A stretch of DNA of 64,000 bases from an uncultured delta proteobacterium (GTDB lineage Bacteria > Desulfobacterota > Binatia > UBA9968): the NCBI GenBank assembly GCA_963771465.1, contig CAVYTU010000011.1, positions 64,001-128,000 on the forward strand. Reading direction: 5' to 3'. The translations under genes and the position numbers were made by a program. Position 1 is the stretch's first letter. Each line of letters opens with the position of its first letter. Shown here in pieces: positions 52,614 to 62,377 of the stretch. The notes below the pieces were generated by a model. The model did not search any database. It was given only the letters and a program-made list of their open reading frames with translations, and was not told the origin of the DNA.

Positions 52614-53888
52614 TTAGCTCATGTAACTAGTCAGCCTTGACGCGCCCACTTGGCTGATGGCACCGACCAGGTCGCCGATCCAAAGCGTAATTTCTTGCTT
52701 CGCCGGCAGCGGAGGCAATCCTGGGCTGGTGTTATCGGGATTTGTATTATCCAAGTGCAGCGTGTCGCCGCCGATGACGCGATCGACAGCCGGCAGCGTA
52801 ATCGGGTCGCGAGTGAGGCCGGGGGTGACCAGCGCGTCGACGTTTTCCGGCACGAAGGTGATACCGGTGTCGGGATAGCGTTCCATGATGATCAGCGTCG
52901 CTTTCATGCCCAATTCCTCGGCCCGCGTGTAGGTCATCATCAAGTCGGTATCGACCGCGCCGCCGCCGATTTTCGTGCCGATGATGCCGTCGGCGTTCAA
53001 GACTTCTTTGGCCAACCGGGCATTAAGAAAAGCATTGCGCTCTTTCTCTGCAACAACTGCAGGCGCTACGGTGAGGACGACGCCGGCGAACCAGAGATCT
53101 GTGCCGTGACGGCGGTACAGTTCTAGGATCACCGGATGATTCTGCGCGAACCAAGTGTATGCCGAGTAGGAAAACATCAGCGCGCCGTCGAGGATTTCAT
53201 TGGGATGGACGATGGTCGGCATGAAGCCTTGAATGTTGCTGCCGTAGAAGACGGTTTCGGTTTGCTGCGTCGGGTGCTGGTGCGAGTGCATCGGAAAGAT
53301 ATAGGCGATGCGCGGTAGATGTTTCGGGCCTTGGTTAACGGTAACCGGTGGCAATTCGAATACTTGAGTTTCATCGGGCGCGAGACTCTTTGCTGCTTGC
53401 GCGAGATACACCGAGGTTTTCAATCCCGCTTTCTTCACGGCGAGGCGATATTCATTTTTGTCGACGTTCGCTTTCGGATAGGGCAGCAAGACGACGTTGT
53501 GCGTATTGGCGATTGGCGAGTATGCCGCTGCCGGGCCGCTCATGTCGATCAAGCTGCGCGAACGGGGCGCGAGCTGATCGGTTTCCACCACGGCGACGTT
53601 TTTAAGCGCCCGGGTTTGACCATCGCCGACCAAACCGGTGCCGCCGAGCGCGCCGGGAAAGTTTTCACCGCGCATTCGATAACGCGGTTCAAGCACGTCC
53701 AGCACGCGCAGGATGCGACAGGATTCCCCGGGATGGGTGAGTTCGATCTCGACTCGCTCGAAGAGCGGGTCGGATTCGAGCAGCGCAATCAACTCTGTGC
53801 GATCGACCGATAGAACATGATCGTCGATTTTCGTTCTCGAGCTGAAGCAAATATTCTTTACGTAGATGTGCCCGAGATCCAACCGCAT
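52614..53888 (-). CDS. Glycine/sarcosine/betaine reductase component B alpha/beta proprotein (GrdE/GrdI-like)
   Basis: MRLDLGHIYVKNI, PGESCRI..DVLEPR, LPRIAYI, PTIVHPNEILDGA, QNHPVI..LYRRHG..FAGV. Confidence 0.9.
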   Translation of the reverse strand: MRLDLGHIYVKNICFSSRTKIDDHVLSVDRTELIALLESDPLFERVEIELTHPGESCRILRVLDVLEPRYRMRGENFPGALGGTGLVGDGQTRALKNVAVVETDQLAPRSRSLIDMSGPAAAYSPIANTHNVVLLPYPKANVDKNEYRLAVKKAGLKTSVYLAQAAKSLAPDETQVFELPPVTVNQGPKHLPRIAYIFPMHSHQHPTQQTETVFYGSNIQGFMPTIVHPNEILDGALMFSYSAYTWFAQNHPVILELYRRHGTDLWFAGVVLTVAPAVVAEKERNAFLNARLAKEVLNADGIIGTKIGGGAVDTDLMMTYTRAEELGMKATLIIMERYPDTGITFVPENVDALVTPGLTRDPITLPAVDRVIGGDTLHLDNTNPDNTSPGLPPLPAKQEITLWIGDLVGAISQVGASRLTSYMS

Positions 53889-53976
53889 GGGCCGATCATT
53901 ATCATCTATCGGTACGTGTGGGTAGGGGCGGGCGGTGCGGTCGATCGATTTGGACCGCCGGCTCGCGCAGCTGAGG

Positions 53977-54082
53977 TTCTAAACGCTCGCGTTGAGCGGC
54001 GGGCGATGAGCGTAGCGAGGAGGAGGGAACCGCAAGCAAGCGAAGCGCGCTTGCGGCCGTCCGCTCGAACGCGGGGTTAGGC
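53977..54082 (-). mobile_element. Integron attC site (about 105 bp)
   Basis: Minus strand GCCTAAC-CCCGCGTTCGAGCGGACGG...CCGCCGCTCAACGCGAGC-GTTTAGA, 16 nt after a small ORF; pairs with typical extrahelical bases. Confidence 0.82.
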
Positions 54083-54098
54083 GTGGTTCGAAATTCGT

Positions 54099-54302
54099 TT
54101 ACTTGGTCGGCGCGCGAGCCAGCTTCCACATCCAGAGACTCAGACCGCCCAGAATGATAAGAGCCAGCACACTTGGCCACAGCGGCATCGAATAGCCGGC
54201 GACGACCACCTCTGGGCGTATCAATAGCCGCGCCAATTGCGCGATGGCCATTAGACCAAACACAACACTCGCAGCTCGCAATCCAGTGGTTTGGGAGTTC
54301 AT
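54099..54302 (-). CDS. Small two-TM hypothetical protein (gene cassette ORF)
   Basis: 67 aa, two hydrophobic helices, PLWPS motif; lies between GTTAGGC (54353-54347) and the attC. Confidence 0.75.
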   Translation of the reverse strand: MNSQTTGLRAASVVFGLMAIAQLARLLIRPEVVVAGYSMPLWPSVLALIILGGLSLWMWKLARAPTK

Positions 54303-54446
54303 GCTGTCATCTTCCTTTGGTTTCGCCCTACCCTCCTGTGCAGTACGCCTAACTACTAATACACAGATCTATCTTTGCTGAATATTGATATCGGCAAAAG
54401 ATAGCCTGCAAGGTAAAGGCCGATAATCTAACGACCTGCTGTTCTC

Positions 54447-55430
54447 CTACTGAAGTTTCTTTAGAATGCTCATGTCCTCGAGGTCTTCCGGCCTGAACGC
54501 TTTGGCGACCTGGAGAGTCTCGCGATAGATCTCAATTTCTTTTTCAATGGCTGGTCGGGGCTTTGTGCCATTGGCGCTATAGGTCGTCAACATCGAAGCA
54601 AACGCCTTGTCGGCGACCGACGCGTCGATCTTAAAAGAACCCGTGATGTACTGAACCATCTCCCGGCGATTCTCCGGATTTCGCAGATACGACATGGTTT
54701 TAAGCAGCGATCGAATGACGGCTTGAACAGTGGCGGTTTTCTTTTCCAGAGCCTGCACGGAAGTCACGAGCCCAATCGTGCTAAGGGGCGCGTGGTCCTT
54801 GGCTTCCGCCAAGCGGCTATAGCCTTTTGCCTCGGCCTCCTCGGCATACGGCGGCGGCAGCAAGGTCGCCGCGACTCGTTTGCTGAGCAGCGCCCTGTAA
54901 GCATTTTCGGTGACCTGGGTCGAAAGGAAGGTTATCCGAGATGGATCGATGCCGTTGCCCTTCAGAATCAATTTCGCCGACATGCCCATAGCGTCGGTCG
55001 GCGCATTTACGCCGATGACTTTGTCCATCAGCTCACGGATTGATTTGATTTCCGGTTGTGCGGTGAGAGCGAATGTCGGATTGTGCTGGACATAAAAAAC
55101 ACGTTTGATCGCAGATCCCCGCATCATGGCGGAAGTTGCAGCGCCAAGGGTTGTCGAGAAGTCCAAATCTCCAGCCACTAGAGCAACAATGGCTGTGGGC
55201 GGTGCCATTGCCACGAGTTGCGCTTCGATTCCTTCCTGAGAAAAGAAACCTTTGTCCTTGCCGAAATAGAAAACCATCACCGCCAAGGTCTTACCAGGTA
55301 TATGGATGGTAATTTTGGTGGGGGACGACGCGCCCCACACAATCGGAACGGAGAAGATGAATATGATATATATGAAGACGGGCACAGCTGTCGCGTTTTG
55401 CAGGAATGTCGTCAGATATGCAAAAGACAT
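54447..55430 (-). CDS. SsuA/NitT/TauT-type ABC substrate-binding protein
   Basis: KDKGFFSQEGIEAQLV, ALVAGDLDF, LLPPP; RBS AAGGAGG. Confidence 0.88.
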   Translation of the reverse strand: MSFAYLTTFLQNATAVPVFIYIIFIFSVPIVWGASSPTKITIHIPGKTLAVMVFYFGKDKGFFSQEGIEAQLVAMAPPTAIVALVAGDLDFSTTLGAATSAMMRGSAIKRVFYVQHNPTFALTAQPEIKSIRELMDKVIGVNAPTDAMGMSAKLILKGNGIDPSRITFLSTQVTENAYRALLSKRVAATLLPPPYAEEAEAKGYSRLAEAKDHAPLSTIGLVTSVQALEKKTATVQAVIRSLLKTMSYLRNPENRREMVQYITGSFKIDASVADKAFASMLTTYSANGTKPRPAIEKEIEIYRETLQVAKAFRPEDLEDMSILKKLQ

Positions 55431-55566
55431 TGCGTGCCCTCCTTTAAAATTCAATCTCTCCAACTGGAGAACTCAAACGACTGTGACTAACTACGAATAT
55501 TGAGTAGGTGAAACACTTGCCTCCCTCCGATGATTTGAACGACTTGAACGTTTGAACCGGTTCGCG

Positions 55567-56604
55567 TTAGCGCGCCGGCACCGGTCCGGCGGCGTTGAGC
55601 TTTTTGAATAGCTCAACGGTCTCCGGATCGCGCGGCAATTCTTTGAGCACGCGTTCCATATCTTCACCTAACAACGGCGTCGGCTCTTCACCGACGAGTT
55701 TCTTGTACTCTTTGTGAAAGTCCGGATCGCTGTACATCTTCGCGGTCGCGGCGCGAAGAATTTTTACCGGTTCCGACGGTGTGCCCGGAGGAAAGAATGA
55801 CGCTGTGCCGAATTGGCGGAATGCGCGCACCATCGCCAATAATTTTTTCTCACGCTCGGATTTGGCGAACTCTTCGATTTCAGGCAGACGGTCGAAGCCC
55901 GGTTGTTTGAGACCGCGCGGCACTTCCATGATCGCGTGGATGTCGATCATGCCTTTGGCGAGCCATTCCGCGTTCCGTATCGTCAGCGTATCCGGATTGT
56001 TGATCCGGCCGTCGATCTCGCCGCGCATGAGCGCGATGTCGAGCTCGTTGCCGGAGTAGCCGACGACCATTTTGGGATCTTTGAAACCGATCAGAAGCGC
56101 GAACAGGCGGCCAACGAAATAGTTCGAGTGGCCGACGGTTTGCGCGCCGATTCTAATTCCATTTGCCGAGCGTAGGGCCTCGATACTTTTTAGCCCGGCT
56201 TCTTTACGCGTGATGAAGACCCAGTGGTAGGTGCTGTGCGGCGAGCCCAGATAGATAAACTTGCTGAGATCATACGACACGCCTTTTTCACCGAGCACGG
56301 AATTCGCGACCAAGCCACCGCCGACGCGGCCGATGGTAAAACCGTCGGGCCGGACGCCCTTGAAAACATGGTTGGCGGCTTTCATGCCGCCACCGCCCGG
56401 CATGTACTCGGAGACGATGGTCGGTTCGCCGGGAATATGCTTTTTCAGAAAAGGAAGTAGCGCGCGGGTTTGGACATCGGAACTGCCGCCCGGCTCAGTG
56501 CCCTGGACGATGGTGATGGTTTTGCCTTGGTAGAAAGGAGTCTGTGCGAACGCGGACGTGAGCGAGAACAAGATGTAAGTGACAAGCGTGAACGGCTTCA
56601 GCAT
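55567..56604 (-). CDS. TctC/Bug-like receptor
   Basis: FYQGKTI, HIPGEPTIVSEYMPGGGG, ALMRGEIDG, PPGTP, GPVPAR. Confidence 0.9.
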   Translation of the reverse strand: MLKPFTLVTYILFSLTSAFAQTPFYQGKTITIVQGTEPGGSSDVQTRALLPFLKKHIPGEPTIVSEYMPGGGGMKAANHVFKGVRPDGFTIGRVGGGLVANSVLGEKGVSYDLSKFIYLGSPHSTYHWVFITRKEAGLKSIEALRSANGIRIGAQTVGHSNYFVGRLFALLIGFKDPKMVVGYSGNELDIALMRGEIDGRINNPDTLTIRNAEWLAKGMIDIHAIMEVPRGLKQPGFDRLPEIEEFAKSEREKKLLAMVRAFRQFGTASFFPPGTPSEPVKILRAATAKMYSDPDFHKEYKKLVGEEPTPLLGEDMERVLKELPRDPETVELFKKLNAAGPVPAR

Positions 56605-56620
56605 ATCGGCTCCAGTACCT

Positions 56621-56683
56621 GTTCAAATCGTTCAAGCCGTTTTAAACGGAGTGGAGCGGTTGAACGACTTGACCGTTTTGAAC
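56621..56683. repeat. 9-bp-periodic GTTCAA/TTGAAC inverted repeat (family also at 55535, 60033, 61130, 62289, 63433)
   Basis: gttcaaatcgttcaagccgt...ttgaacgacttgaccgttttgaac. Confidence 0.8.
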
Positions 56684-56693
56684 CTGCTTTAGA

Positions 56694-57749
56694 TTACCGC
56701 GGCGGCAGCGGCCCTTGATCGGCCATCAGTTTGTAGAGCGAGATGGTTTCAGGGTCGCGCGGCAACTCGCGGATTGCTTTCTCCATGTCCTCTCCGGTTA
56801 GCGGCGTTGGATCGGTTGTCATCAGTTTTTTGAATTCTTTGTGAAAATCGGGGTCCTTTAACGCCTTCGCCATGGCGCCGCGCAGCGTTGCGACGATTTC
56901 TTTGGGCGTCGCCGGTGGCAAGATGTAAGGCCAACGCGGATAGATAAAGGCGCGAAACAGCGCGATCAGCTGGCGCTCCCTGTCGGTCTTCGCAAACGTT
57001 TCCAGATCGGGCGCTTTGGGCAAACCTTGGGCGAACTTGCCTTTGGGTATCGTGATCGAGGCGTGAAAATGTAGCAACGATAATAGCTGACCATCGCGGC
57101 CACGCTGGAAAATGGAATCGGCGCCATTGGCGCGCGCATCCAATTCGCCATTGCCCAATGCAACGTCGAGTTCCAGACCGCCATAACCGACGACCATTTT
57201 CGGTTCTTTAAGGCCGAGCAGATACGCGAACATGCGACCCGAAACAAAGATCGGGTGGCCAACGGCCTGCGCACCGATCCTGAGCCCCGTGGCAGCGCGC
57301 AATTTTTCTAGGCTATCCAAGCCGGATTCCTTTCGGCTGACAAAAACATAGGGGTCGCCGCTTTCGGTGGAGCCGAGATAGATGAGTTTGTCGAGTTCAT
57401 ATTGCGAGCCGGCGAGGCCAAGAATCGGTCCGGCGACGAGACCGGCGCCGACCGCGCCGATCGACAGGCCATCGGGCTTCGCCGTCGAATAAATATGATT
57501 CGCCGCTTTCCTTCCTGCGGCGCCGGGCATGTTCTCAATGATGATCGTCGGGTTTCCCGGAATATGTTTTTTCAGGGTGGGCAGCAACGCGCGTGCTTGT
57601 AAATCTCCCGTCCCGCCGGGCTCGCCACCGCGGATGATCCGAATGGTTTTATTTTGGAAATAGGGAGCCTGAGCGGCGGCTGAGTTCGCCATCATGCACG
57701 AAGCTAATAACAGCAAGAAGATTCCAGAACGGATTCTTGGCAATTTCAT
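56694..57749 (-). CDS. TctC/Bug-like receptor
   Basis: YFQNKTI, HIPGNPTIIIENMPGAAG, GELDAR, GPLPPR. Confidence 0.9.
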   Translation of the reverse strand: MKLPRIRSGIFLLLLASCMMANSAAAQAPYFQNKTIRIIRGGEPGGTGDLQARALLPTLKKHIPGNPTIIIENMPGAAGRKAANHIYSTAKPDGLSIGAVGAGLVAGPILGLAGSQYELDKLIYLGSTESGDPYVFVSRKESGLDSLEKLRAATGLRIGAQAVGHPIFVSGRMFAYLLGLKEPKMVVGYGGLELDVALGNGELDARANGADSIFQRGRDGQLLSLLHFHASITIPKGKFAQGLPKAPDLETFAKTDRERQLIALFRAFIYPRWPYILPPATPKEIVATLRGAMAKALKDPDFHKEFKKLMTTDPTPLTGEDMEKAIRELPRDPETISLYKLMADQGPLPPR

Positions 57750-57791
57750 TTTATCCTCCGCCGTTCGAAGAAGAATTACCGCAACGGACGC

Positions 57792-58260
57792 TCACCAGCC
57801 GAAAAGAAGTCCCGGCGGCCAGCGGGTCTCCAACATGTATTCGAACAGACCCCAGATGAGTACGTAGGCGCAGGCGCCGAGAATGAGCGAGGTGTACCAT
57901 TTTTCGCCGCCTTCGACGAGCGCGTAGAGAAAAACCAACAGCGGCAGTGTGATGACGATGCCTAAAAGCCAGATACCGAGCGCGCCGCCGATAAACCAAG
58001 CGAAGAACAAGAGCGTGCGTCGGCGCTCGGTCGCTTTGTCCAACTGGGAGTCGCTCACTTGATCCATATCCATGCCGGCGGTGTTCTTGCTGGTTTCCCA
58101 GCCGGTCATCTCACGAACGAGTTGAATCGAGACCATGATAAGTCCGGGGATGGCCGCGACGTAGACCGGCATGATCTTGGCGATGTTGGGCCAGTCCCAG
58201 CCCGAAACTGCAGCGACGACAAAAATGATCTAAAAGAAAGAGCGCAAAATTAGTTTTCAT
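57792..58260 (-). CDS. tctB: TctB small transmembrane subunit; frameshift near 58230
   Basis: ATG 58260 overlaps the tctA end; 4 TM segments, WLLG, LF..L...WPPG. Confidence 0.75.
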
Positions 58261-59792
58261 CCGGTGACCTCGCGATGGCGCCTTTTAATGTCGTTAATGG
58301 GTCTTCTTGCTTGGCGCGCAGCTTGCCGCGCAGGGTGAAAAAGAGCGATACCGCGGCGATTAAAAAATAATGATCACCGCCGGCCGGGTCATCCAGGTGA
58401 AACCGTAGCTCGCCACCGAACGATAGAGATATTTTTCCATCAGATCGCCGAGCACCAGGCCGAGAATCATCGCCGGTCGCGGGTATCCCGCGTGGCGCAT
58501 GAAGTAGCCGAGGATGCCAAACCCCACCAGCACGACGAGATCCAAGGGATCGCGGTTGACGCTGAAGGCGCCCATCAGGATGAACACGAACATGATCGGG
58601 AACCATGAAGGTGTAGCGCACCTCGGCGAGCTTGGCGAGTTGGCCGGCGAGGCAAAAGCCGACGAGCGTGCCGGCGATGCCGGCGACTCCCTGTATCCAC
58701 ACCACGCTGTAGATCAATTCCGGCGTTTTCTTGATCATCTCTGGGCCCGGAACGAAACCCCAGGCGAGCAATGCGACGATGAACAGCGCAGTGCTTACCC
58801 CCTGGGGAAATCCCAGCAGTAAGGTCGTCACCAAATCGCCGCCGTCTTTGGCGTCATTGGCGCTCTCCGGCGCGATTACGCCGCGCACGTCACCGGTGCC
58901 GAAAGTTTGCCGGCCGCCCTTACAGCTTTGCGCGGCGTGGCCATAGGCGAGCCAATCGACGACTTGGGAACCTAACCCCGGTACGATTCCGACCCAGACG
59001 CCGACAAAACTACAGCGCACTACCAGCCACCATTCACGCAGGGTGTCGCGAACGCCGTCGAATAGACTGCCTTTGAGGGGCACTGGTTGCTGTTCGACGC
59101 CGAGCTTGGTCAACGCGAGATCGAGCGCCGACGGCACGCCGAAAATCGCCAGGGCCATAATGCTGATCGACATGCCGTCGAGTAGATAGGGCTGGTCGTA
59201 AACAAAGCGCATGACGCCGCTCTGGGCCTGCTGGCCTATGGTCGCGAGCAAGAGTCCGAATGAAGTTGCGATCAGTCCTTTGAGCGGCCGACTGCCGGCG
59301 AGCACGGCGACCATGCTCAAACCCCAGAGCATGATGACGAACAGCTCCGGCGAACCCATCAGATAGATTAACGGCTTGGCAGCGGGTATCGCGGCGATGA
59401 GGGTAAACGTGCCGATCATACAACCCATGCCGCCGGCCATGAACGACGCGCCGAGGGCCCGCCGCCCCTCGCCCTTCTTACCCATCGGGTAACCGTCGAG
59501 CACCGTCGCTTGCGAACCCGAGCCGCCGGGGATGCCGAAGAGGATCGGCAGATAGGCGGCGCAAATCGCGCTTACTGAGCTTGCGCCGATCAACAGCGCG
59601 ATGCCGGTGAGCGGCTCCCATTTGATCACCACCGGCAGTAAAATCGCGTAGACTAAAGGTATACCCAAGCCTTGCGGCGCCACGGCGGTGAAGGTGCCGA
59701 TGCTGACGCCGATCATCATGGCGAAGAACACTTTTAGTTGAAGGATGTTTAAGAAACCTTTGATGGCTGCATCGAACAGCGATGATCTCCAT
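58250..59792 (-). CDS. tctA: TctA large permease; frameshifts near 59786, 58600 and 58360
   Basis: GIPG...ATVLDGYPM.KKG, GIVPGLG, GVIAPESANDA, FVPGP, YPRPAMILGLVLG. Confidence 0.92.
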
Positions 59793-60032
59793 GGAGAATT
59801 ATCCTTATCTGATTCTATTTTTGATTTGGCGCAGCGCGCAATAGACCATCATTTTGTCCGACGTTCCAGTGGGCCAAGCCGAGATGCAGCGCACTTATAC
59901 TGGTTTCCTGGCATGCGGTGCAAGTGCAATTTCAAAAATAATTGTCCTCCTGATCGACTCATTAAGGTATAGGTCAGCGCGCTGGCAACGGGCCGGCACC
60001 GGAAAGGCTGTTGAGTATTTCGACTACCTCTC

Positions 60033-60068
60033 GTTTTGAACGGAGTGTAGCGGTTGAACGGTTTGAAC
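60033..60068. repeat. TTGAAC-periodic half element
   Basis: ttgaacggagtgtagcggttgaacggtttgaac. Confidence 0.7.
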
Positions 60069-60077
60069 CTTCGAATT

Positions 60078-61112
60078 TTACCGCGGCGGCAGCGGTCCAG
60101 GGCCGGCGAATTTTTTATAAAGATCCACCGTCTCCCGGTCTCTCGGCAATTCGCGAATCGCCTTCTCATTTGCTTCCGGCGTAAGTGGACTTGGCTCATC
60201 GCCGCCGACTTTGCGGTATTCCTTGAAAAACTCGGGATCTTTGAAACTCTTGCGCAGCGCTTCTTTGATGATTTCTACCCGATCCTTGGGCATGGCGGGA
60301 GGAAGAATGAATGGCGCGCCCGTCACTCTGAAATTACGGAATATGGTCAGAAGCTTACGCTCCCGCTCGGTTTTGACAAAGCTGTCGAGCTCCGGCAAAT
60401 GGGAAAGACGCGGATGCTTTTCCTCTCTAGGAATGGCAACGATGACATGAATATCGATTAGACCCTTCTCAAGCCATTCGGCATCGCGACCCAAAATATC
60501 ATCGGAGCTCGCCAAGCCATCGATCTCGCCATTAAGCAACGCGGCCCTCCGCTCCGGATTCGTGAAGCCAATGATTTCCTTAATTTCTTTGAGCCCGAGG
60601 AGCCAAGCCATGATCCGCCCGACGGTATAGTTGGTGTGGCCGACGGCTTGATTGCCGATGCGTAAGCCCGAAGCTTGCCGGAGTTTATCGAGGGTTCTAA
60701 AGCCGGCCTCGCGGCGCGTCATAAAAATATAGTGCGTAACGCTGTAGGGTGATCCGACGAAATGCATTTTGTCGATATCGTACTGAACACCAACTTCGCC
60801 GAGTACCGCGCTTTCGACCACGGCGCCACCGACGCTGCCAATGGTTAGGCCGTCGGGACGGGCGGAATTGTAAATGTGATTGGCTGCTTTGCGCCCACCG
60901 GCACCGTCCATGTACTCGTGCACGATGGTAGGATTTCCCGGGATGTACTTGTGGAGAAACGGCGCCACCGTGCGCGCTCGGAAATCTCCCGATCCCCCAG
61001 CGGAGCGGCCATGAATAATGGTGACGGTCTTGCCCTGATAAAACGGAGCTTGGGCGAAGGCGAAAGTTAACCAGAAAAAACTGTAAGTGAGGAGAACAAA
61101 CGTCTTTAGCAT
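60078..61112 (-). CDS. TctC/Bug-like receptor
   Basis: FYQGKTV, YIPGNPTIVHEYMDGAGG, GEIDG, GPGPLPPR. Confidence 0.9.
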   Translation of the reverse strand: MLKTFVLLTYSFFWLTFAFAQAPFYQGKTVTIIHGRSAGGSGDFRARTVAPFLHKYIPGNPTIVHEYMDGAGGRKAANHIYNSARPDGLTIGSVGGAVVESAVLGEVGVQYDIDKMHFVGSPYSVTHYIFMTRREAGFRTLDKLRQASGLRIGNQAVGHTNYTVGRIMAWLLGLKEIKEIIGFTNPERRAALLNGEIDGLASSDDILGRDAEWLEKGLIDIHVIVAIPREEKHPRLSHLPELDSFVKTERERKLLTIFRNFRVTGAPFILPPAMPKDRVEIIKEALRKSFKDPEFFKEYRKVGGDEPSPLTPEANEKAIRELPRDRETVDLYKKFAGPGPLPPR

Positions 61113-61129
61113 ATTCCCTCCCTTAGCAT

Positions 61130-61209
61130 GTTCAAAACGTTCAAGCCGTTCAACCGCTACGCTCCGTTCAAACGTTTTGAACGAATTGAACTGCTCGAAT
61201 GGTTTGAAC
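61130..61209. repeat. 9-bp-periodic GTTCAA/TTGAAC inverted repeat
   Basis: gttcaaaacgttcaagccgttcaaccgctacgctccgttcaaac-gttttgaacgaattgaactgctcgaatggtttgaac. Confidence 0.85.
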
Positions 61210-61218
61210 CATTTTACG

Positions 61219-62265
61219 TCAGCGCGGCGGCAGCGGCCCAGGGCCGGCGAATTTTTTATAAAGTTCTACCGTCTCTGCATCTCTCGGCAGCTCGCGAATC
61301 GCTTTCTCGTTCGCTTCCGGCGTCAGCGGATTGGGATCTTCGCCGACGACTTTTCGATATTCCTTGAAAAACGCCGGATCACTGAAGCTCTTGCGCAGGG
61401 CTTCTTTGATGATCTCCACCCGATCCTTGGGCATAGCCGGAGGAAGAATGAACGGCGAGCCGGTCAATCTGAAGTTGCGGAACATGGTGAGTACCCTGCG
61501 CTCCCTGTCGGTTTTGACGAAGCCGTCGATTTCCGGCAAGTAGGAAAAACGCGGATGCTTTTCTTCTCTGGGAACGGCAACGATGACGTGGAGATCGACC
61601 AGACCCTTTTCCAGCCATTCGGCGTTGCGCGAGAGCAGATCGTCCGAGGAGACCACGGCATCGATCTCGCCGCGCATCAAAGCGACATCGCGCTCCGGAA
61701 TCGAAAAGCCGGTGACGTCTTTGGGGTCTTTTAATCCAAGCAGCCAACTGACGATGCGAGCGATATTGTAATTGGTATGGCCGACGGATTGGGCGCCAAA
61801 GCGCACACCCGAAGCTTGCCGCAGCTTGTCCAGCGTTCTGAAACCTGCCTCTCGGCGCGTCAGCAGGACATAATGGGTGGCGCTGTAAGGCGAGCCAACG
61901 AAAGGCATTTTGTCGAGATCGTACTGCACGCCTTTCTCGCCCAGCACTGCGCTGCCGACAACGCCGCCGCCCACGTTACCAATGGTTAAGCCATCGGGAC
62001 GGGCGGAATTAAAAATGTGATTGGCCGCTTTGCGCCCGCCGCCGCCGTCCATGTACTCGTGCACGATGGTAGGATTTCCGGGGATGTACTTGTGGAGAAA
62101 CGGCCCCACCGCGCGCACGCGGAAATCGCCCGATCCTCCCGCGTCGCGGCCATGAACAATGGTCAAAGTTTTACCCTGGTAGAAGGGAGCTTGTGCGTAC
62201 GCCGCAGTGGCGCAAAGAAGCAGCGCGCAGAAAGCGGCTTGGATAGTTGGTTTTAGTGTTACCAT
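61219..62265 (-). CDS. TctC/Bug-like receptor (recent paralog of 60078-61112)
   Basis: Long identical stretches shared with the neighbour (e.g. PFILPPAMPKDRVEIIKEALRKSF). Confidence 0.9.
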   Translation of the reverse strand: MVTLKPTIQAAFCALLLCATAAYAQAPFYQGKTLTIVHGRDAGGSGDFRVRAVGPFLHKYIPGNPTIVHEYMDGGGGRKAANHIFNSARPDGLTIGNVGGGVVGSAVLGEKGVQYDLDKMPFVGSPYSATHYVLLTRREAGFRTLDKLRQASGVRFGAQSVGHTNYNIARIVSWLLGLKDPKDVTGFSIPERDVALMRGEIDAVVSSDDLLSRNAEWLEKGLVDLHVIVAVPREEKHPRFSYLPEIDGFVKTDRERRVLTMFRNFRLTGSPFILPPAMPKDRVEIIKEALRKSFSDPAFFKEYRKVVGEDPNPLTPEANEKAIRELPRDAETVELYKKFAGPGPLPPR

Positions 62266-62288
62266 GACGATTACTCCTTACAAATAAC

Positions 62289-62368
62289 GTTCAAATCGCG
62301 CAAGCCGTTCAATCGCTTTGCTCCGTTCAAACGGTTTGAACGACTTGAACCGCTTGAACGTTTTGAAC
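62289..62368. repeat. 9-bp-periodic GTTCAA/TTGAAC inverted repeat
   Basis: gttcaaatcgcgcaagccgttcaatcgctttgctccgttcaaac-ggtttgaacgacttgaaccgcttgaacgttttgaac. Confidence 0.85.
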
Positions 62369-62377
62369 TCCCCAGTC

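Noticed and set aside
28686-59792. Programmed frameshifting or pseudogenisation of the flavoprotein, hydantoinase A/B, tctA/tctB and SsuA-like genes
   Set aside because: These are isolated 1-nt indels without slippery heptamers or nonsense codons in otherwise conserved genes; most likely sequencing consensus errors
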